The notes under the pieces were generated by a model. It saw nothing but the letters and a program-made list of their open reading frames with translations, made no database searches and was not told the origin of the DNA. This document shows, piece by piece, positions 25,519-27,291 of a stretch of 27,291 nucleotides of DNA. This DNA comes from an uncultured Oscillospiraceae bacterium (GTDB lineage Bacteria > Bacillota > Clostridia > Christensenellales > Aristaeellaceae). Each line of letters starts with the position of its first letter. The stretch's first letter is position 1. Where the stretch lies: positions 1 through 27,291 of the forward strand of contig CAZACE010000001.1 of assembly GCA_964483255.1 (NCBI GenBank), written 5' to 3'. A program made the translations under genes and the position numbers.

Positions 25519-26568
25519 TTATTTCACTCTTTCATAAAACAGCTCAGCAACAATCCGCTGCACTTGCGCTTCATCCGGATAGAACTGCATAAAACCGTCC
25601 GTCCCAACCACGTGGTCGCCCTGCAGCTTCACAACCACAGGCTTTTCGTAATTCTTTGCAGCCCAAAGCTCATTGATCATCTGTCCCCGACTGAGATTTG
25701 TTGTGAGATACGGCGTCAAATCATCATACAGTCTGCCGACAAATTCTTTGTCCTGCGCAAGCCGCTCATACAGCAGATCAGAAAACAAGGAAATATACCG
25801 TTCCTGACGTTCCATTCTCGCTTCATTGGTTCCGATTCCGATGCCGCTCCTGCTTCGCAGATACCATTCAGCCTGATCACCCATAAGCGTCAGCCGCGTG
25901 CCAGGCGTCATCGAGGGATCCAAAGAAGAAAAATCATCCTCCAGCGTCACCGTTACGCCACCGACCGCATCATTGAGTATCGATATACCGTCAAGATTCA
26001 TAGCAGCATAATAATCTATCGGAAGTCCCAGAAACAGATTGGATACGGCTTCGACAGTCAGCTCACAGCTTTGGCTCTGACCATCTCCAAACCCATGGGC
26101 CAAACAAATCTGTGCCGTGCGTATACCAGATTGATTGCCCAGTACGCCAAGTATTGTGATGGGCGTCATGGTGTCACGGTCAATCTGTATCTGATGGACG
26201 GTTTTATTCGCATCATCAATCGCCAGAAGAGACAGAAAATCTGCCTGTCCGCCATTTCGATATCTCTGGCTTTCCAATTCTGTTGCCTCTGCATCAATGC
26301 CCATCAAAAGAACTGTCGTGATGTTTTCTCGTTGTCTGTATGAGATCCCATCCAGTTCCAGAATATTACCATATGTATATCGCTGTGTGTAATCGCCTCG
26401 AGCCTCGGGTTTTTCTGTCCGATGTTCAAACCAACGGCATCCAACATAAAGCAGAAAAACAAAAGCTGCTATTCCCGCCAGCATTGCGGCAATCTGCGGC
26501 AGTATATCATGTTTGCTCCGCCTTCTTCCCAGAACAACACCCCCATCTGCAGCTGGCCAGATGTGCAA
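25519..26568 (-). CDS. LCP (LytR-CpsA-Psr) family phosphotransferase; start uncertain
   Basis: Single N-terminal TM, VLLMGID, GQAD, IDRDTM, DAVGGVTV, YLRSR and RMERQ motifs. The real start may be the in-frame CTG near 26532 after SD-like GGGGGTG. Confidence 0.85.
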   Translation of the reverse strand: MHIWPAADGGVVLGRRRSKHDILPQIAAMLAGIAAFVFLLYVGCRWFEHRTEKPEARGDYTQRYTYGNILELDGISYRQRENITTVLLMGIDAEATELESQRYRNGGQADFLSLLAIDDANKTVHQIQIDRDTMTPITILGVLGNQSGIRTAQICLAHGFGDGQSQSCELTVEAVSNLFLGLPIDYYAAMNLDGISILNDAVGGVTVTLEDDFSSLDPSMTPGTRLTLMGDQAEWYLRSRSGIGIGTNEARMERQERYISLFSDLLYERLAQDKEFVGRLYDDLTPYLTTNLSRGQMINELWAAKNYEKPVVVKLQGDHVVGTDGFMQFYPDEAQVQRIVAELFYERVK

Positions 26569-26739
26569 TGCCCTGAGTACAGATCAACAGGCCGTCTTCG
26601 AGAGTCTATTGCGTTAATTCAATCGTCCAGAATACACGCTCTGATACGCTGACCGAGCAAGTATTCCTTTCTGACACAACTCGCGCTTCGCGATTGATTT
26701 TCTGCTCAAAACAGCGTAATCACCAATTATTGTTCGAAT

Positions 26740-26768
26740 ATTATAGCATTATATGGTGTATTTGTCTA
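26740..26768 (-). promoter_or_regulatory. sigmaA promoter of the capsule/EPS operon
   Basis: Minus strand TAGACA-17 nt-TATAAT with an extended -10 TGn (TGCTATAAT). Confidence 0.8.
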
Positions 26769-26806
26769 CTTTTGCTTTGAAAAACGAGCAATTTTTCAGG
26801 AAATTA

Positions 26807-27291
26807 TCATTCGCTTGTTCTGACCACTCTGCCGATGGGAATATACGACGCATCGACAGACGTAAACAGCGGGCACTTGGATGCCGTCAGGCCCTTCCAG
26901 TTCTCCAGATCATAGTGGACAGCATTCAGCTGCATGGTTTCCACAATCTGAGAAGCATAGTATTCGCAGTATGGTTCACGACCCGTATTGGAAGCTCCGC
27001 TCGATCCTCCTTTGTACAGATAGATGCCATCGCCCTCGATGAGTCGCCAAGCCTTGGGCAGCATGCCGTTCGTCGTTAGTTCCGGAGAAGCGGCAGTTAA
27101 GCGACAAGCCCTTACAAACGTCGATAATCCCTTTCGTATCGTCGTGGCTTAGCCTCAGCTTTTTCAGTATCTCATCCACAAACGTGCGATTCTTGGGAAT
27201 GATGCGGCGTTCCAGCCATTTGATGACACCTTCATCCGTCTGCTCCCTATCCAGAGGCATCAGGTGCTGCGTTTCACTGTTGATCGAAAGA
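26807..27291 (-). pseudogene. Frameshifted, 3'-truncated HipA-like/CtkA-like kinase gene remnant, running in from the window edge
   Basis: One frame gives KWLERRIIPKNR...CKGLSLN. A different frame continues SPELTTNGMLPKAWR..IYLYKGG..EPYCEYYASQI..HYDLENWKG..SKCPLFT and stops after IGRVVRTSE, before any recognisable catalytic loop. Confidence 0.7.

Noticed and set aside
24804..26695. Shared 10-mer CTTCGCGATT in the 24.8-kb hairpin and the EPS leader; TACGCT/AGCGTA arms shared by the leader and the 21.0-kb hairpin
   Set aside because: Matches this short are expected by chance in 27 kb and cannot be supported without comparative data.
1..27291. CRISPR array, tRNA/rRNA, transposase, integrase or intact defence system
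   Set aside because: No regularly spaced repeats, RNA-gene signatures or recombinase/transposase motifs were seen. The only toxin-like sequence is the broken HipA-like remnant.

Overview
The window has two parts and most likely comes from a GC-rich anaerobic Clostridia/Bacillota genome (taxonomy inferred from gene content and sigmaA-type promoters). Part one (1-13.4 kb, GC-rich) is an amino-sugar/peptidoglycan salvage neighbourhood. It holds a 5'-partial GH3 NagZ, then a minus-strand operon (MATE transporter, tandem GNAT, PIG-L deacetylase, signal-peptide-less NamZ) and a divergent plus-strand operon (L-Ala-D/L-Glu epimerase, SxxK serine hydrolase, NagA, ROK kinase). The plus-strand operon converges on an lctBCD-like electron-confurcating lactate dehydrogenase/Etf operon that lacks permease and racemase genes. 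Two inverted copies of a ~70-bp palindromic intergenic element flank the salvage block. Part two (13.4-26.8 kb, more AT-rich) is a Wzx/Wzy-dependent capsule/EPS locus: LCP, an uncharacterised secreted protein, CpsC, CpsD, CpsB, a priming transferase, four glycosyltransferases, an EpsG-type polymerase and a flippase. It has a near-consensus promoter, a structured leader and internal terminator-like hairpins, one with an overlapping alternative fold. A frameshifted, truncated HipA-like kinase remnant ends the window. The best candidate for an undescribed system is intracellular peptidoglycan catabolism coupled to D-lactate oxidation, which is an inference. The second is possible RNA-level control of the EPS operon. 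All family assignments come from recalled motifs; no database search or folding program was run.
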